The position numbers and the translations under genes were made by a program. The notes beneath the pieces were generated by a model. It saw only the letters and a program-made list of their open reading frames with translations, did no database searches and was not told where the DNA came from. Positions 27,233-43,423 of a stretch of 64,000 bases of DNA are shown here, in pieces. Source of the stretch: the human T2T-CHM13v2.0 reference genome, Homo sapiens; the NCBI RefSeq assembly GCF_009914755.1, contig NC_060925.1; one strand, given 5' to 3'. Numbering within the stretch: position 1 is the first letter of the stretch; each line of letters opens with the position of its first letter.

Positions 27233-28349
27233 CCCAGCCATAACTAGGCCTTGCTGAATTGTCATTTGCTTTCATGACCCTCCTTCGTGTATATGAGCAG
27301 CTTTACGAATTGGTTCAAAAATACCCAGCCTTTCAAAAATAATTCCCTATCTAGAAAAATACCCTACAGACATCTATATCTAGAGAAATACCCTATGGAC
27401 ATTAGTTTGCTAATGTCATAGCAACAGTGCGGCAGGCATCGTCAAGCTTTGGTGGCTTGAAGAAACACACTGGCAATGCAACAATGGGAAGGAGCTAAAA
27501 CGTAATGTAAGTGACAATGCAACGTGAAGGAATGGAGGCATAAAGGCAATGCAACAATGGGAAGGACTGAAAGCATAATGCAAGCCATGGAGGAAAAGCA
27601 TACACTCACTGAATCTCCGCAATCTACTTGTCACTACACCAGGTGCTAGGAAAATGGTTACGACCCTCAAGCTGCTTGCAGTCTATGCAAGCAGTCAGCC
27701 AGCTCCAGGAACGTGGCATGAGATGAAGCTTGCAGGGTCCTCAAATGCCATACTTAAAAGCCTTGATTTCATACAAAGGCAGTAGGGAATCAACAGACAT
27801 CTTTTTGCAAGAGATTAAATGATCAAATCTGGGTTTTTTTTCAATTATCTCTAATGGCAAAATATAAAAATGAATTGAGACTCAGGGAAACAGTGAGAGG
27901 CAAGGATATGAGTTAGAGGCCATTTAGGTGAGATCGGAAGGATTTTAATAATAACTGGGACAGTGACAAAACAATATAAAAATAAAACAATAGAGTCAAG
28001 AGATCTTTAAAAGCAGCATAAGCAGGGCATACAGAAGTTTGGGGGAAGAATCAGAGGTATTCCTGATATTCCTGGCACGGCTGGCTCAGGAGATTGCAAC
28101 GTCAAGAGAGAAGACAGCAAAGGTGGAGAAGCAGTATGCTGTGCGGAAGAAAAGGCAGAGTTTAGGCACTGCACACGACGAATCTGAAGTAAAACCAGGT
28201 CACATAGATGAAGATTTTTGTTGGTATATAGAAAATATGGGATGAGCTCAGAAACACAGGCAGGCAAGTAAAGCCATGGCAGCACCATATTGTCATTCAA
28301 CAGGTAACCAGAGACAAATCAGCAAATAACTTTTAAAACAAACTGGTGA

Positions 28350-28811
<462 letters not shown>

Positions 28812-31794
28812 TAGTCACTTCTTATTACAGAAGACTTTTGAGGCCCCCAAACAATATACCTTACCAACTTCTGCTCTAACCTGAAAGACCCACAGCCACT
28901 GAATGATTGTGAAGGAGGAAAAACAGACCCTAGGACACCAACCAGCAAGTCACACACGCCTCTGCAGATGCTGTATTGGCTGAAGAAAATGCTGCCACCC
29001 ATCGGGGAAGGAAAGGAAATTCTATTAAGGATATTTTTAATTCTGATCCTAATTCAGGTGATCCTAATTAAACAGCTCTGCATAAACAGTGTCTTGATAA
29101 ATTTTTCCTATAAGCATCAAAACGAAAACCAAATGTCAATCAAAACTTGAAATAGCGCCCATGACTGCCAAGTCTGGTCACATGTAGCTCTAATGCTTTT
29201 CTTTTACTTGACAAGTATTTATTCAAAAACAACATTTTAAAATTATTTGCCTATGTCATTAATATCAAGTATAAATGTTAAGGTCAAATAAATATCACTA
29301 AAAGAAAAAGAGGTGTTAATAAGGCCAAAGAGTATTTTCTTATACACTGCATATATAGTTTATAGCATAGAAAATGTTTAAATCTATAAATGCATGTATC
29401 TACAGAAACATAGGGAAAAGCACACCCAATAATGGCTTGAAAATGATAAAGACTCAATCTGGAGGGCTCCTGAATAATTAATGTTTTAATATGCAGTACT
29501 AAAAGATTGTAGAATGCAGATTTCAAAAGGTACCTTAACTCCATGCAAATTCCATGTCAATTATCTTTATTTTCACATACAGTTGTGGCAACATCAGCAC
29601 AGAATCATTTGACATGAATAATCCACCCTCCTCCCACTCAAACTACCAGCATTTATTTAGATTTGAATATATGAAGGACAGAGGTATGTAAGGCATGATG
29701 TACCACCTGGATAAAAATAGCAGAAATCCTGATTAAATAATTTACAGTTTTGCCTAGAGCAATACTTTAGTATTAGAGAATATTATCAAATATTCTTATT
29801 TCCATCATTCTGGATTTTGCTAAGGCTTATAATGGTCCATAATTAGGGCTCTAACAGAGAACTAATATAACACAGAATGCAGTATGGTGGAATGCAGAAA
29901 ATAAGAACTCTGGAATGAAGAAAGCCATGTTAAAGCTCTGTCTCTTTTACTTAAATATAGTGTGACCTTACGCACTTTCTCATCTACAAAGGCACGATAC
30001 CCATAACTCAGAGGGCTACTATAGAAGATAATGTGAAAGTACACATTAAAGTACTTGGTAGAATAAAAAATTAAAACAAAGGAGTGCGGCACTAGGAAAC
30101 TTGTGATCAATCCGCCAATTGTCCCTTGATCTGTTGATGTAAGACAGGTACCAGTGTCTAATACTCATTTGCTTCCTGGAAAGTATGGGCCAAAAAATGG
30201 GAAATACAAGACAAATCCACATACTCAAATATGTAATACAGCAGTTCTGTTTATAACTGAGTTATCTGAAGGGAAGGCAGACAGCTGGTTTGGGAAGCCA
30301 AAATCATTTAAACACGGACATACAGAATCTCTGAATTGAAACTCATCATTAGACAAGCTAATCTAGTTTCAAATGTCGAACGATACTATTCTGTAACTTA
30401 TTTTTAATTTTCTGCCTTTACACAGATAGGCTTCAATATAAGAAACAGATATTGCTGAAAGGTTGTCTGTAATTTAACTTCTGTTTGCTGTATCACATTT
30501 TCACTTCAACTTAGCAGCTAAGTTCTTGAGCACTTGGGCATCAACTAACAGAAAGGGCATTAGACAGAACTCAGAAGACTTCAGTTCTAGCTTTCTTCCT
30601 GTCACTGGGTGACTACTTCCCCCTCTCTAAGCCACAACTGATGTATTCTGGAGAAAGGGAGAGGAGAAAAAATGGGAAGGCTATGGTATCAGAGAGTTTC
30701 TGTGATCTCTTCAGCCCTAAAGTTGTATAATTTTATTTTGCTTAAGGAAGAAAATGGGGACACATGACCTATTTTCATGAAATTTATAGTCTAAGTGGGA
30801 ACCTAAGAAAAAAGGACAGACAACTTAGAAAGTAGGGGATAGTCACAGTTGTCAAATGCTTGGCATAGAAAATAACAGTGACTACTGATTTTACAAAAGG
30901 GAAAGCTCAATCCTAACCAAGTAGATTTCACCAAAGATCTGAGTAGAAACCTTAAGAATAAGCAGGACCTCAATAGAGAGGGCGAGGGAAGATAAACTAC
31001 ACCCTTCCATGATGCACCAGAAATATCACAAACTCACAAATTCAAAGAGCAGTTTACATATCATCTAGGCCTACCTTATAGAGACAACCCATCCTGACAC
31101 GTAATTCTAATCCTCAGTGAAACTCTTCCAGGAAGAAGTAGCTTCCAGCTGTACCAGGACACGCTGATACGTTGTTGGAACGCTCTGGTTATAAAGCTCT
31201 TCTAGATAATAAAACAGTATTTTTGTCCTTTCTTCATCATGCTTTGTAAATAGACATTTATTTGAATATGTCTCTTTAAACATGTAACATTAGGTACTAA
31301 ACACAGAAACTGTAATGAAAATCAACTTTTGAAGATAGAAGGAAGACTCTTCCTCTTTGATTAAGATGCTTTAAAAGAATCTGGTTTGGCGAAGCCATCC
31401 CCAAACTCGCCTGCTTACCTTTATGATATACCAAGTCATCTTATTTTCCACATCAAATGGCAATGTCTGATTTTTGCCCCTAAAAAAAACACTCTGTTTC
31501 TGCCTATTACAAAATTTAATAGAGCAGTTTATCACAGTTTTTCATCACTCTTAATATTATATCTCTAAAACATATTTGTTTTTTCCTCCCATGAAAGGTC
31601 CTTCTTATTTGCAATAGAAACAGCCAAATCATAATTTAAAGTTTGAGGGCAATAATCCACAATCTAAGAAAAATCAAACAAAAACTTTGAACCTGAGTTA
31701 CATAACCACAATATTTCTAATAGAAAATTTTATCTTTATGTTTCATTTCAAAACAAAATAACAAAATATAACACCTTTAATTAAGAACCAAAAG

Positions 31795-32580
<786 letters not shown>

Positions 32581-32942
32581 AGGAAACAGCTAAGAATGAC
32601 AGTTTAAAATATTAAGACAATAAAGTCCCTGCTTTTTCTATTTTATAATTTCTTTCTCTCTTTAGTAAAATAATTGCAGTTTTCTTACTATACCATTGAG
32701 ATAAAACATTTTTAAATTATTGAATTAAATTGGCTTTAGAGTAAAACAAAAATTGACTCAAAAAACAATTATTGTGTGTGTACTGTGCTCAGAAATGTGA
32801 CCAGCAATGTAAACCGACAGAACCAATGGCTTTTTAGAAAATAACAAAGTATTTCCGATCCTTTTTTAAGTAGAGAATTTTCTCCCAGCACATCCTATTT
32901 CCAATTGTGTGCAAAAAACCTTCCAGCTTACAAATGTTAATT

Positions 32943-33470
32943 CAGGGGTTGGCAAATAAAGGCCCAGAGGCCAAATCTGGCCCACCACCTGCTCAGTCTG
33001 CAAGCTAAGGATGTTTTCTTACATTTTTAAATGGTTGGGGAGAAATAGAAAGAGTATTTTTGAATATGTGAAAATTACATGAAAAATCAGTGTTCAGTGT
33101 CAATGTTTCTTTGGTATACAGCCACACCCATTCATTCACGTATTGTACACGGGGCCTTTCAGGCTACAATGGCAGAGTTGAGTTGCCACGATAAGCATGT
33201 GAGGTAATGCATATGTTAATTTGCTCCATTTAGCCACTCCACAATATATACGTATTTCAAAAAATCATGTTGTACATGATATATATAATTTTTATTTGCC
33301 AATTTAAAATAATTTTTTTAAAGAAGCAGCTACCACAGAGACCATAAGTAGCACTCTCTTTACACACTACAAATTGTCATGAGGCAGTTGTGACTCACTT
33401 TTGTCTCCTGCCTGGAAAGCCTAAATATTTACAATGTGAGCTTTTAGAGAAAAATGTTCTTCAAACCTGG
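32943..33470 (+). mobile_element. MER58-type hAT element interrupted by a short L1MA 3' end (~33189-33322)
   Basis: caggggttggcaaa ... ggccaaatctggccc ... aagcctaaatatttac; insert gtgaggtaatgcatatgttaatttgctc. Confidence 0.8.
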
Positions 33471-33647
33471 AATAATTAATATAGTTATTCATCATTCCTT
33501 GAAGAACTTAGTATAATGGCAGTCTCTATGAGTCAGAGCTATCAAGTAATTACTAGATTTCTTGAATCTTATCATGATATTAGTGTTTCTTTTTGTCAAG
33601 TCTCATATATTTATATTATGTATTAATTTTTAAAAATACATTATCTG

Positions 33648-33920
33648 GGCCAGCTGTAGTGGCTCATGTCTGTCATCCTAGCCCTCTGGGAGGCCAAGGT
33701 AGGAGAATCACTTGAGCCCAGGACTTCAAGACCAGCCTGGGCAACATAGCAAGACCTTGTCTCTACAAAAGTAAAGCAAAATATTAGCAAGGCATGGTGG
33801 CACACACTTGTAGTCCCAGCTGGGCAGGGGAATCACTTAAGCCTAGGAGTTCAAGGCTGCAGTGAGCTATGATCACATGACTGCACTCTAGCCTGGGTGA
33901 CAGAGCAAGATCCTGTCTTT
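33648..33920 (+). mobile_element. AluJ
   Basis: Diverged Alu consensus. Confidence 0.9.
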
Positions 33921-36900
33921 AAAAATAATTTTTTAATGAAATGAAATAAAATATAAAAACATTTATCAAAGTGTGCTCCACAAAACGGAAAAGGGATACT
34001 GTTTTCTCACATTCCTTCAATCCGTCAAAAATTAAAGACCTCCTGCATACAATGAAGGTTGCTAGGAATTCAAAATAAATAAGATGTAATTCCTGGCTCC
34101 ACGTAATTGCATTCTAGTAGAGAGACACAGTATTCCAGTAGATTGTTGTCACTAAAGGAAAAGCCAAAGCAATGACAGTAACCTTTGCCATTTCATAATG
34201 TCATACAGACATTTAAAAAATATCACCTCTGTCTGCATTAATGGCAAGTTATACACTTAAATAGATAAAGCAACAAGGCTTGACAAACACATTTATCCAT
34301 CAATACTTTCAAGCAAAGCATTAGCCTTACATAAGCAATTAACCTTGACCAACACGGGTATAAACAAAAATGCTGATTAAGAACTTACTAATTATCCTTC
34401 CCAACTTCAGAAGTTTAGCTGGCATCTGGTTTTTAACTATGATAAATATACACCAACTCATCATAGGTTATTAACACATAAGTGAAAAGAAATATTTAAC
34501 CAAATGGCTACGAATGAAGAACACGATAAACAAATATCATCATTAAAAATCCAAACAATGAGTTGTTTTCTTTGAAAGCCCAAGTGTCCTACAAACATCA
34601 CTTTATTTGAAGGTAGAGAAATATTTCTGAGAATAATTGTCTCCTGAATCAACTTCGAGATTCAATCTGTTGTAATAAAGACAACATATATAAATCATAG
34701 ATGCATGACACCGTTTCATAATTAGAATGCCAGGATCTGCATGCAGTTAAGCATCCTAGCTGTTTGCCTGCTTTACTTAACACCAGAAGAGAAGTATAAT
34801 CCCAACAGCTAAGTATTCTAGCAGCTGTTGTGAGCAGAGTAGAGAGATGTGGCATGTAGCAGTCACCACCACACGTAAACACACAAGCACCCCGGTGACT
34901 GGAGGTTAGCAATCCTGGTGTGCCTGCTCGCTTTTAGTGTTAAATATTTAATGGCATATTTTTCCTTAATGGAACCCAGGCACATCTGATCAGTCACTGG
35001 GATCATTTAGTAATGCAGTCAAAGTTATCATACTGCCATTTCACATCAACTTTGTAATTAGATAATCCATCACTTTATTAATTCAAAAGATTGCTTTCTT
35101 TACTACCTTATAGCAGGCTACAGCAGTGAAACCCAACAGAGCTCATCAACAAAAAAGGCTCTAAAATCTGGTCCTACATGAACTTGAAACCCTCAAGTGA
35201 CAAACATATACACACTCCTGACCTTTCAAAACAACAGAGGTAATACTCTTCCCACAAATTAGCCCACCAACAACAATGAAGTAACAGAGCACCAGTGTAT
35301 CCAGAATGAGATGGTTAACAGAACTGAAAATTTAAGCTTAAAAGCTGAATATAACATGATCAACTTTGTTCTCGCTTTTTATTGAGGTACACTGTTCACC
35401 AGAGGATGAAAAGGATACACAAAAAAGTCATTTAGTAATTTTCCCTCCATGCTGATTTATATACTTCACTAAAATTATGAGGGAGGTTATAGCAGAATAT
35501 CACATCCATTATTTATGATCACTCTAAATGTAAAGGCACATACCGGCCAAACACAAGCATGTAATCTTGAATATAGTATCACGATTTTCTCTTGCTTTAT
35601 TTCTAACATACCACAAAATATTAAATCGCGATTTCTTATCGTATTGTGAATTGGTAAGATTCTCGTTTTAACACCTTCACAGCTTCTCCAATTTAAAAAA
35701 AAAAGAATCCTCCAATAAAAAATAATTTACTCAGAATGAAACTGTAAAATTTAAATATCATAGTACCAAAAACACCCTCTAAAATACTCACTTTCCAATC
35801 TATGCAACCAGTACATATTGCAAAACCAGCTACAGCTAATATAATTAAAAATTAGATTTTGGAAAAGCAAGCTCCGGAGGTCACATACGTGCCCTAAAGA
35901 ACAAAAATAACATGCTACCAGGAGAATTATTAATTTGAAAGAAAGAAGGAGAGAACATCTTCTCAAACAGATGTGGAATTTCTAATCAAAAAAATTCTGT
36001 GGCAGTTGCACAACATTATAAAGTTCAGCAGTACTTTGCAGAGCTCCGGAAACACTAACAATGGCATATGTTCTGTGGTCAGGAAGGTCACTTTTATTCT
36101 TGTTGCCGCCAATCTAATGCCTGTTTTTGAAACATTCTATGCAACTAGTCTATTTTCTATTTTATTGTTCAGATTTTACCACATTTCTAATCAGGCTGCC
36201 AAATAAATTTTTAGAAAAGAAAGTTATAAGCCCAGAAAAAAAAATTATATATTTTTCTAGAACTCTGTACAATAATCCCTAAAGAAATCTTTTATGTGCA
36301 TAAAAAAAATCTCAAAACAAATTCTACTGAAATTACGTTGAGACTATCAATAACCATTGCCAATAATTATCAATGGACATTTTAAGGGATAGAATAGAGA
36401 AATACAATACATTCCATGGCGTTTCAATTAATTAGAACATGACAACTGAAGCACGCTTAATTCCATCCTTTTAAGATGCATGTGTGAGAAAGATTTCCAT
36501 CATCAAGGGAAGCCTACTTTTACATTTCCCACGTGAAATTCCAAGAAACTACTTTGATACCATGGAGTTTCTAAGAATGTTGGCAACAGTACATGATTTC
36601 TGTCCACAATGGCTATGACTGAAACTAAGCCTCAAGAAAAGACACCATTGCCTGTTTGCAAAATTTCTTCTCAACAAAACAGGTAATTCTCAGGATCTCA
36701 AGAGACACCAGCACTGGGCACAACTGTGAGCAACCATCTGAGACTCTAGTTTACAAACAGTGGCAGACTGCGCTCTTGGCTAGATGACAGCACAGGGAGA
36801 TTTAAAACACCAAAGTTCTATAATCCAATAAAAATAAAGCTGAGAGGTGGGAGCAACAGTAGTAGAAATTAATAATATGTGTCAGACACTACTAAGTACG

Positions 36901-37069
36901 TTATAGTTGATCCTCCTTGAAATCTATGAAGTAGATATTAGTATTTCCATTTACAGATAAGAAAATTGAGATGGAGAGAATTTTATTTACTTGACTGAGG
37001 AAAATGACCTAACCATCATATTATTCAGCCTCCCATTTAAATTTGGCCTCTCTCTAACTGTAATTTTTG

Positions 37070-37915
<846 letters not shown>

Positions 37916-39636
37916 AAGAGGGGGAAAAAAATCTCAAAGGAAATTTTGTTTGAAAATGGAAGTGGAGATTTAAAAAAAAAAAAAAGTGTGTGGTAGAGAG
38001 GAGAAACAGCTTGTAGAGATGGAGACATACATCTTCTCTTCTCTAAACAATGTGAAAAAGAGCCAGCAGAGATGAAATTGGCCTTTATTTTTTATATGCA
38101 TATAAATAATCACATCTCCTGTGTTCATCTGTATATCCCCGGTGCACTTCCTATCCTTTCAACACCTTCATTGCTGTCTGTGGAAATTAACACCTTTCAT
38201 TGCTCACACTTTACACTTTTATCTCCGTTCAGCCACACACTCCCCAGGGAACATACAATCTAAGTTTTTTAAAAAAAACAAAACTATCCAAATAAAGCTG
38301 CAAGTAATTTGCTCTAGCCTCTCCATCCACCAGATTATCACTCAGCATCCCCTCCTCTAGAGAAATTCTGGGAGTATCCCTACCCTCACTTTCTATTACA
38401 TTTAGTGCAAAACAAACATTTTAAACATCAAGCTCTTATTCTAACTCTACTGTAATTACTAAATATAACTGAAATCTGTATTCCACAGGTAACAACTTCC
38501 TTTGAAAACCTTCTCCGGAGGAGGTTGATATATTTCCCTCAGGAGGTTGGAGGAATCAACACCCTCACTCCCCAACAGCATTTCTAGACCACTGTATATC
38601 ACTGTTTCCCAACACCAGCCTCGCTTTTGAAATTTACGTCAGTTTCCACTTCTGATATGAGGTCCTCCTTGACACCCACCCCTAGAAAAATTCCTCCTTC
38701 CTATGGCTCATGTTACTCAGTTTTTACAGCCAGGCAACAAATTCATAAGTGGACAGGATATATCTATATAGAAAACTCCACAATCAAACTCCAATTGCTA
38801 TTAGGGTGTGTGTGTATTAACACTGGTGCTAAGAGTCAGAGTCAGACTAACACTGGTGCTAAGAAGTGGGGTGAAAAGGAGGAATATCTGGGAATATGAC
38901 CGGGAAAATTACAAGTAACAGAAGAAATTTTCCAGGTAAAATTAAGGCTTACGCAGCAGATGCACGTTCAGCATTGAGAACCCGGTCCGACAGGAAAGAC
39001 ACACCATTTTTCCGCCAGAAACTCCAGTGTTCAAAATACAAACTGCCAACTTTTCAGGCAATAATCATGAGCTTCCATTAGAAAAAGCCATCAGCTCACC
39101 AGACGACGAAATATGCTCTCGGGATTAAGAACTTTCTCATCCTCCCTGAGCCCTTTCCTTTCAGGGGAAGTGCAAGTTTGATAAAGATATGCATATTCTT
39201 CAAGTAAGACTTTTGACCTGCTGAAGTTTTCTGCCTTGATAGATAATTTTGAGATTTAGAATTAGCCACATACTTCTACAACCCTGTGTCAAGAGTATTT
39301 TGTACACACTAGACCTGCAAATAAATAAATAAAAGTCTGCTGTACTTGCTAAGCAAATTCAGATTCAACTAACAAACACCTCTCAGCAGGGCAAGAGACT
39401 TGGTAAGAAAAGACTAATTCTAATGAAGGTTTAAAACTCCGAAGAGAAAGAACATCTGTGTGAACTGTAAGTATTAAAAATGATAGATATAAAATGAGTC
39501 TGAAAATTAGGGAAACCAGCTGATAGAAACATGAAGATTCATTCTACTAGTCCCTCTATTTTTGTGTGTGTTTGAAAATGTCCATAATTTAAAAGTCAAA
39601 AAAATTAAGACATAAGCAATTTTAGAAAAGCTCTCA

Positions 39637-40300
<664 letters not shown>

Positions 40301-40513
40301 CGTTTCTTCTCTTTGATTAATTAATTTTATACCAGAGTAAAATGAGGAGAGGAGCAGTAGACTGGGATAAAAATCTCTGCCCAGGGATCTTCACCCAGTT
40401 CCCGTGTGCTTGATGTGACTTGCACCATCACACACCGTCAACATTCTGGGCTCAGTGACTCATCCCTGAAAGCTGCAGGATCTATTTAGGTTAATTTAGG
40501 ATCTTTCATGAAC

Positions 40514-41407
40514 AAGGAAGGAGAAGGAGTCAGGGGGCGGGAAGGAGGGAGAAGGAGTCGGGGGAGCGGGAAGGAGGGAGAAGGAGTCGGGGGGCAGGAA
40601 GGAGGGAGAAGGAGTCGGGGGGGCGGGAAGGAGGGAGAAGGAGTCGCGGGGGCGGGAAGGAGGGAGAAGGAGTCGGGGGGCAGGAAGGAGGGAGAAGGAG
40701 TCGGGGGGCAGGAAGGAGGGAGAAGGAGTCGGGGGGCAGGAAGGAGGGAGAAGGAGTCGGGGGGGCGGGAAGGAGGGAGAAGGAGTCGGGGGGGCGGGAA
40801 GGAGGGAGAAGGAGTCGGGGGGCGGGAAGGAGGGAGAAGGAGTCGGGGGGGCGGGAAGGAGGGAGAAGGAGTCGGGGGGCGGGAAGGAGGGAGAAGGAGT
40901 CGGGGGGCGGGAAGGAGGGAGAAGGAGTCGGGGGGGCGGGAAGGAGGGAGAAGGAGTCGGGGGGGCGGGAAGGAGGGAGAAGGAGTCGGGGGGCGGGAAG
41001 GAGGGAGAAGGAGTCGGGGGGCGGGAAGGAGGGAGAAGGAGTCGGGGGGCGGGAAGGAGGGAGAAGGAGTCGGGGGGCGGGAAGGAGGGAGAAGGAGTCG
41101 GGGGGCGGGAAGGAGGGAGAAGGAGTCGGGGGGGCGGGAAGGAGGGAGAAGGAGTCGGGGGGGCGGGAAGGAGGGAGAAGGAGTCGGGGGGGCGGGAAGG
41201 AGGGAGAAGGAGTCGGGGGGGCGGGAAGGAGGGAGAAGGAGTCGGGGGGCGGGAAGGAGGGAGAAGGAGTCGGGGGGCGGGAAGGAGGGAGAAGGAGTCG
41301 GGGGGCGGGAAGGAGGGAGAAGGAGTCGCGGGGGCGGGAAGGAGGGAGAAGGAGTCGCGGGGGCGGGAAGGAGGGAGAAGGAGTTGGGGGGGCGGGAAGG
41401 AGGGGAG
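40514..41407. repeat. G-rich minisatellite, ~31 x 28-29 bp (G6-7 cgggaaggagggagaaggagtc)
   Basis: 31 gagt(c/t) cores counted; length variation is in the G run. Confidence 0.98.
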
Positions 41408-42464
41408 TGATTTAAGGACAAATTTATAAGCAGAAAAATACAAATTAAAAACATTAACAAAACTTTCACCAGAAAGTACAGAAGCCATAGGTTATTGGCT
41501 GCTTTCATCTGATTATTAACCTATATTTTAATGCAGAAGTGACACACTAAGGCCAATTATGCCCAAAAATCTCAAAACTGTGTATTTTCTAGCAATAACA
41601 AATATTATGTGGGGAGAAGGGTAAGCATTATATTAAAAATTGGTACACTTAATCATAGCAACAGAATTTTCCCCCTATACAACATGGAGATAATTTCATT
41701 ATAAAATACATGAGACTAAAATCTTCAGAAAGAAAGAAGAACTAGGATAGTAATTCACATTTTACATGTAGCAACAGAAAGTATTTTAAAATATTTTTCA
41801 TGGATATTAATAACATCAGTAATTATCACTGGAACATTTTCCAACAATAGAAATAATTACCACAGAATAGCCACAAACTTAACACTAGGAATGAGGTAAT
41901 AATCATCATAAGGTATATTTTTATCTTTCAGTAGGTGTTCGTGTTTATAGTGTTGAACATGAAAACAGCCTTGGGCACGGTACACAATACTACTACAGGT
42001 TATAATTTTCAGAAGCATATGAAATAGATGAGAAAGTTTTCAGATGCACTGTAAGAAATCAGTAAATTTTGAAATCAATTTTAAATTATAGATAACCAGA
42101 ATATAATGCTAAGATGACATTAATCAGAAAATCATAAAAATGTACCATACAGAATAAAAATACATTTGAGAAAAACTGGAATAAATCTCCAGCAATCAAA
42201 CCAATTACATTTAATTTTTCAGAAAACAGTAAATTTTAAAACATGCCTTAAAATATTAATGGCATAAATATATCTTCAAACGTGTGCTTACAAATTACAA
42301 AATAAGTGGCAAAATTGTCAAAAGTAAAGTTTTACTTGTTATTAAATTGTGATCAACATTAAAACAAATGCAAACACACAATGTGAGAAAGCGAGGACAG
42401 CAGATCCATAGCAGTGAGGGGGTGTTTCTGTCATCCCTATCCCAGGGTAAATATCAAGAAGCAA

Positions 42465-42482
42465 TCATTTCATGCCTATGGG
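42465..42482 (-). CDS. SMYD3: Candidate alternative terminal exon, coding part (PIGMK-stop)
   Basis: Strong acceptor gattgat-t(10)-cttcactag| then CCC ATA GGC ATG AAA TGA in frame with exon 5; AGTAAA (42331-36) and ATTAAA (42210-15) downstream. Predicted only. Confidence 0.45.
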   Translation of the reverse strand, partial: PIGMK

Positions 42483-42577
42483 CTAGTGAAGAAAAAAAAA
42501 ATCAATCATCGCACTCTTCCTCCCTAGGCCAAGATAAACCCTCGGAATCATTTAAAAAAAAAAAAAATACTTCAGGA

Positions 42578-42875
42578 GGCCGGGCGTGGCAGTTCGCGCC
42601 TGTAATCCCAGCACTTTGGGAGGCCGAGGCGGGTGGATCACCTGAGGTCAGGAGTTCAAGACCATCCGTCTCTACAAAAACAAAAAAAAAAATACAAAAT
42701 TTAGCTGGGCGTGGTGGCTCATGCCTGTAATCCCAGCTACTCAGAATGCTGAGGCATGAGACTCGCTTGATTCTGGGAGGCGGAGATTGCAGTGAGCCGA
42801 GATCGCACCACTACACTCAAGCCTGGGTGACAGAACGAGACTCTGTCTAAAAACAAAAAAGAAAAGAAAAGAAAT
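42578..42875 (+). mobile_element. AluS with a small internal deletion
   Basis: Alu consensus; lacks the ctggccaacatggtgaaacc segment. Confidence 0.92.
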
Positions 42876-43286
42876 GGATTTCAATAAATTTTTCATTTCA
42901 AAGACAGGCTCTATGCTTAAACAACCACCATAAAACTCAATGAATGCAATGCAACGGCAAACAAGTCCATTCACAAAAAATAATGGGATATGCTATTTTC
43001 TTCTGAGAAAAGAAAGCATACTCTTTCTTCCAAGGGTACACTTTGAGAATTCACAATGAACATACTCAGGCAATAACAAGAATATTAATCAAACAGAAAA
43101 ATTCATACCCTTCTCAATGCACACAATACATTCTCTCATGCTCTACTCACTATGATAAGGAAGTAATATAAGGCATTAAGGGTCTTGAATTTCCTGTCAA
43201 GATTCTCGACATTTTTGTAACCAACGACAAAATAAGGAGCAAATGGTTGATGTATGGAATTAGCAAAGAGCAAACTTAACACTTAC

Positions 43287-43423
43287 TTTTGCAAAGGCTT
43301 CAAAAAGGTCAAAGGCAGGTGGCAGCTGAGAGGCATCCTGTATTTCTTCTCTCATGAAATGTTGAAATGTCATTACGAGTTGCCTGAGGCCCTCTTTCTT
43401 ATCTTCAGTCAGTTTGTTAATAT
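43287..43423 (-). CDS. SMYD3: SMYD3 coding exon 5 (137 nt, phase 1/0): (N)INKLTEDKKEGLRQLVMTFQHFMREEIQDASQLPPAFDLFEAFAK
   Basis: Acceptor ttttctctttaaaaaag| (ct at 43424-25), donor |gtaagt (acttac at 43281-86); split codon A+AT = Asn. Confidence 0.97.

Noticed and set aside
40486-41508. Three long ORFs (340, 330, 300 aa) rich in Pro/Ser or Gly/Arg/Glu
   Set aside because: Translations of the stop-free G-rich VNTR, open on both strands; no independent coding evidence
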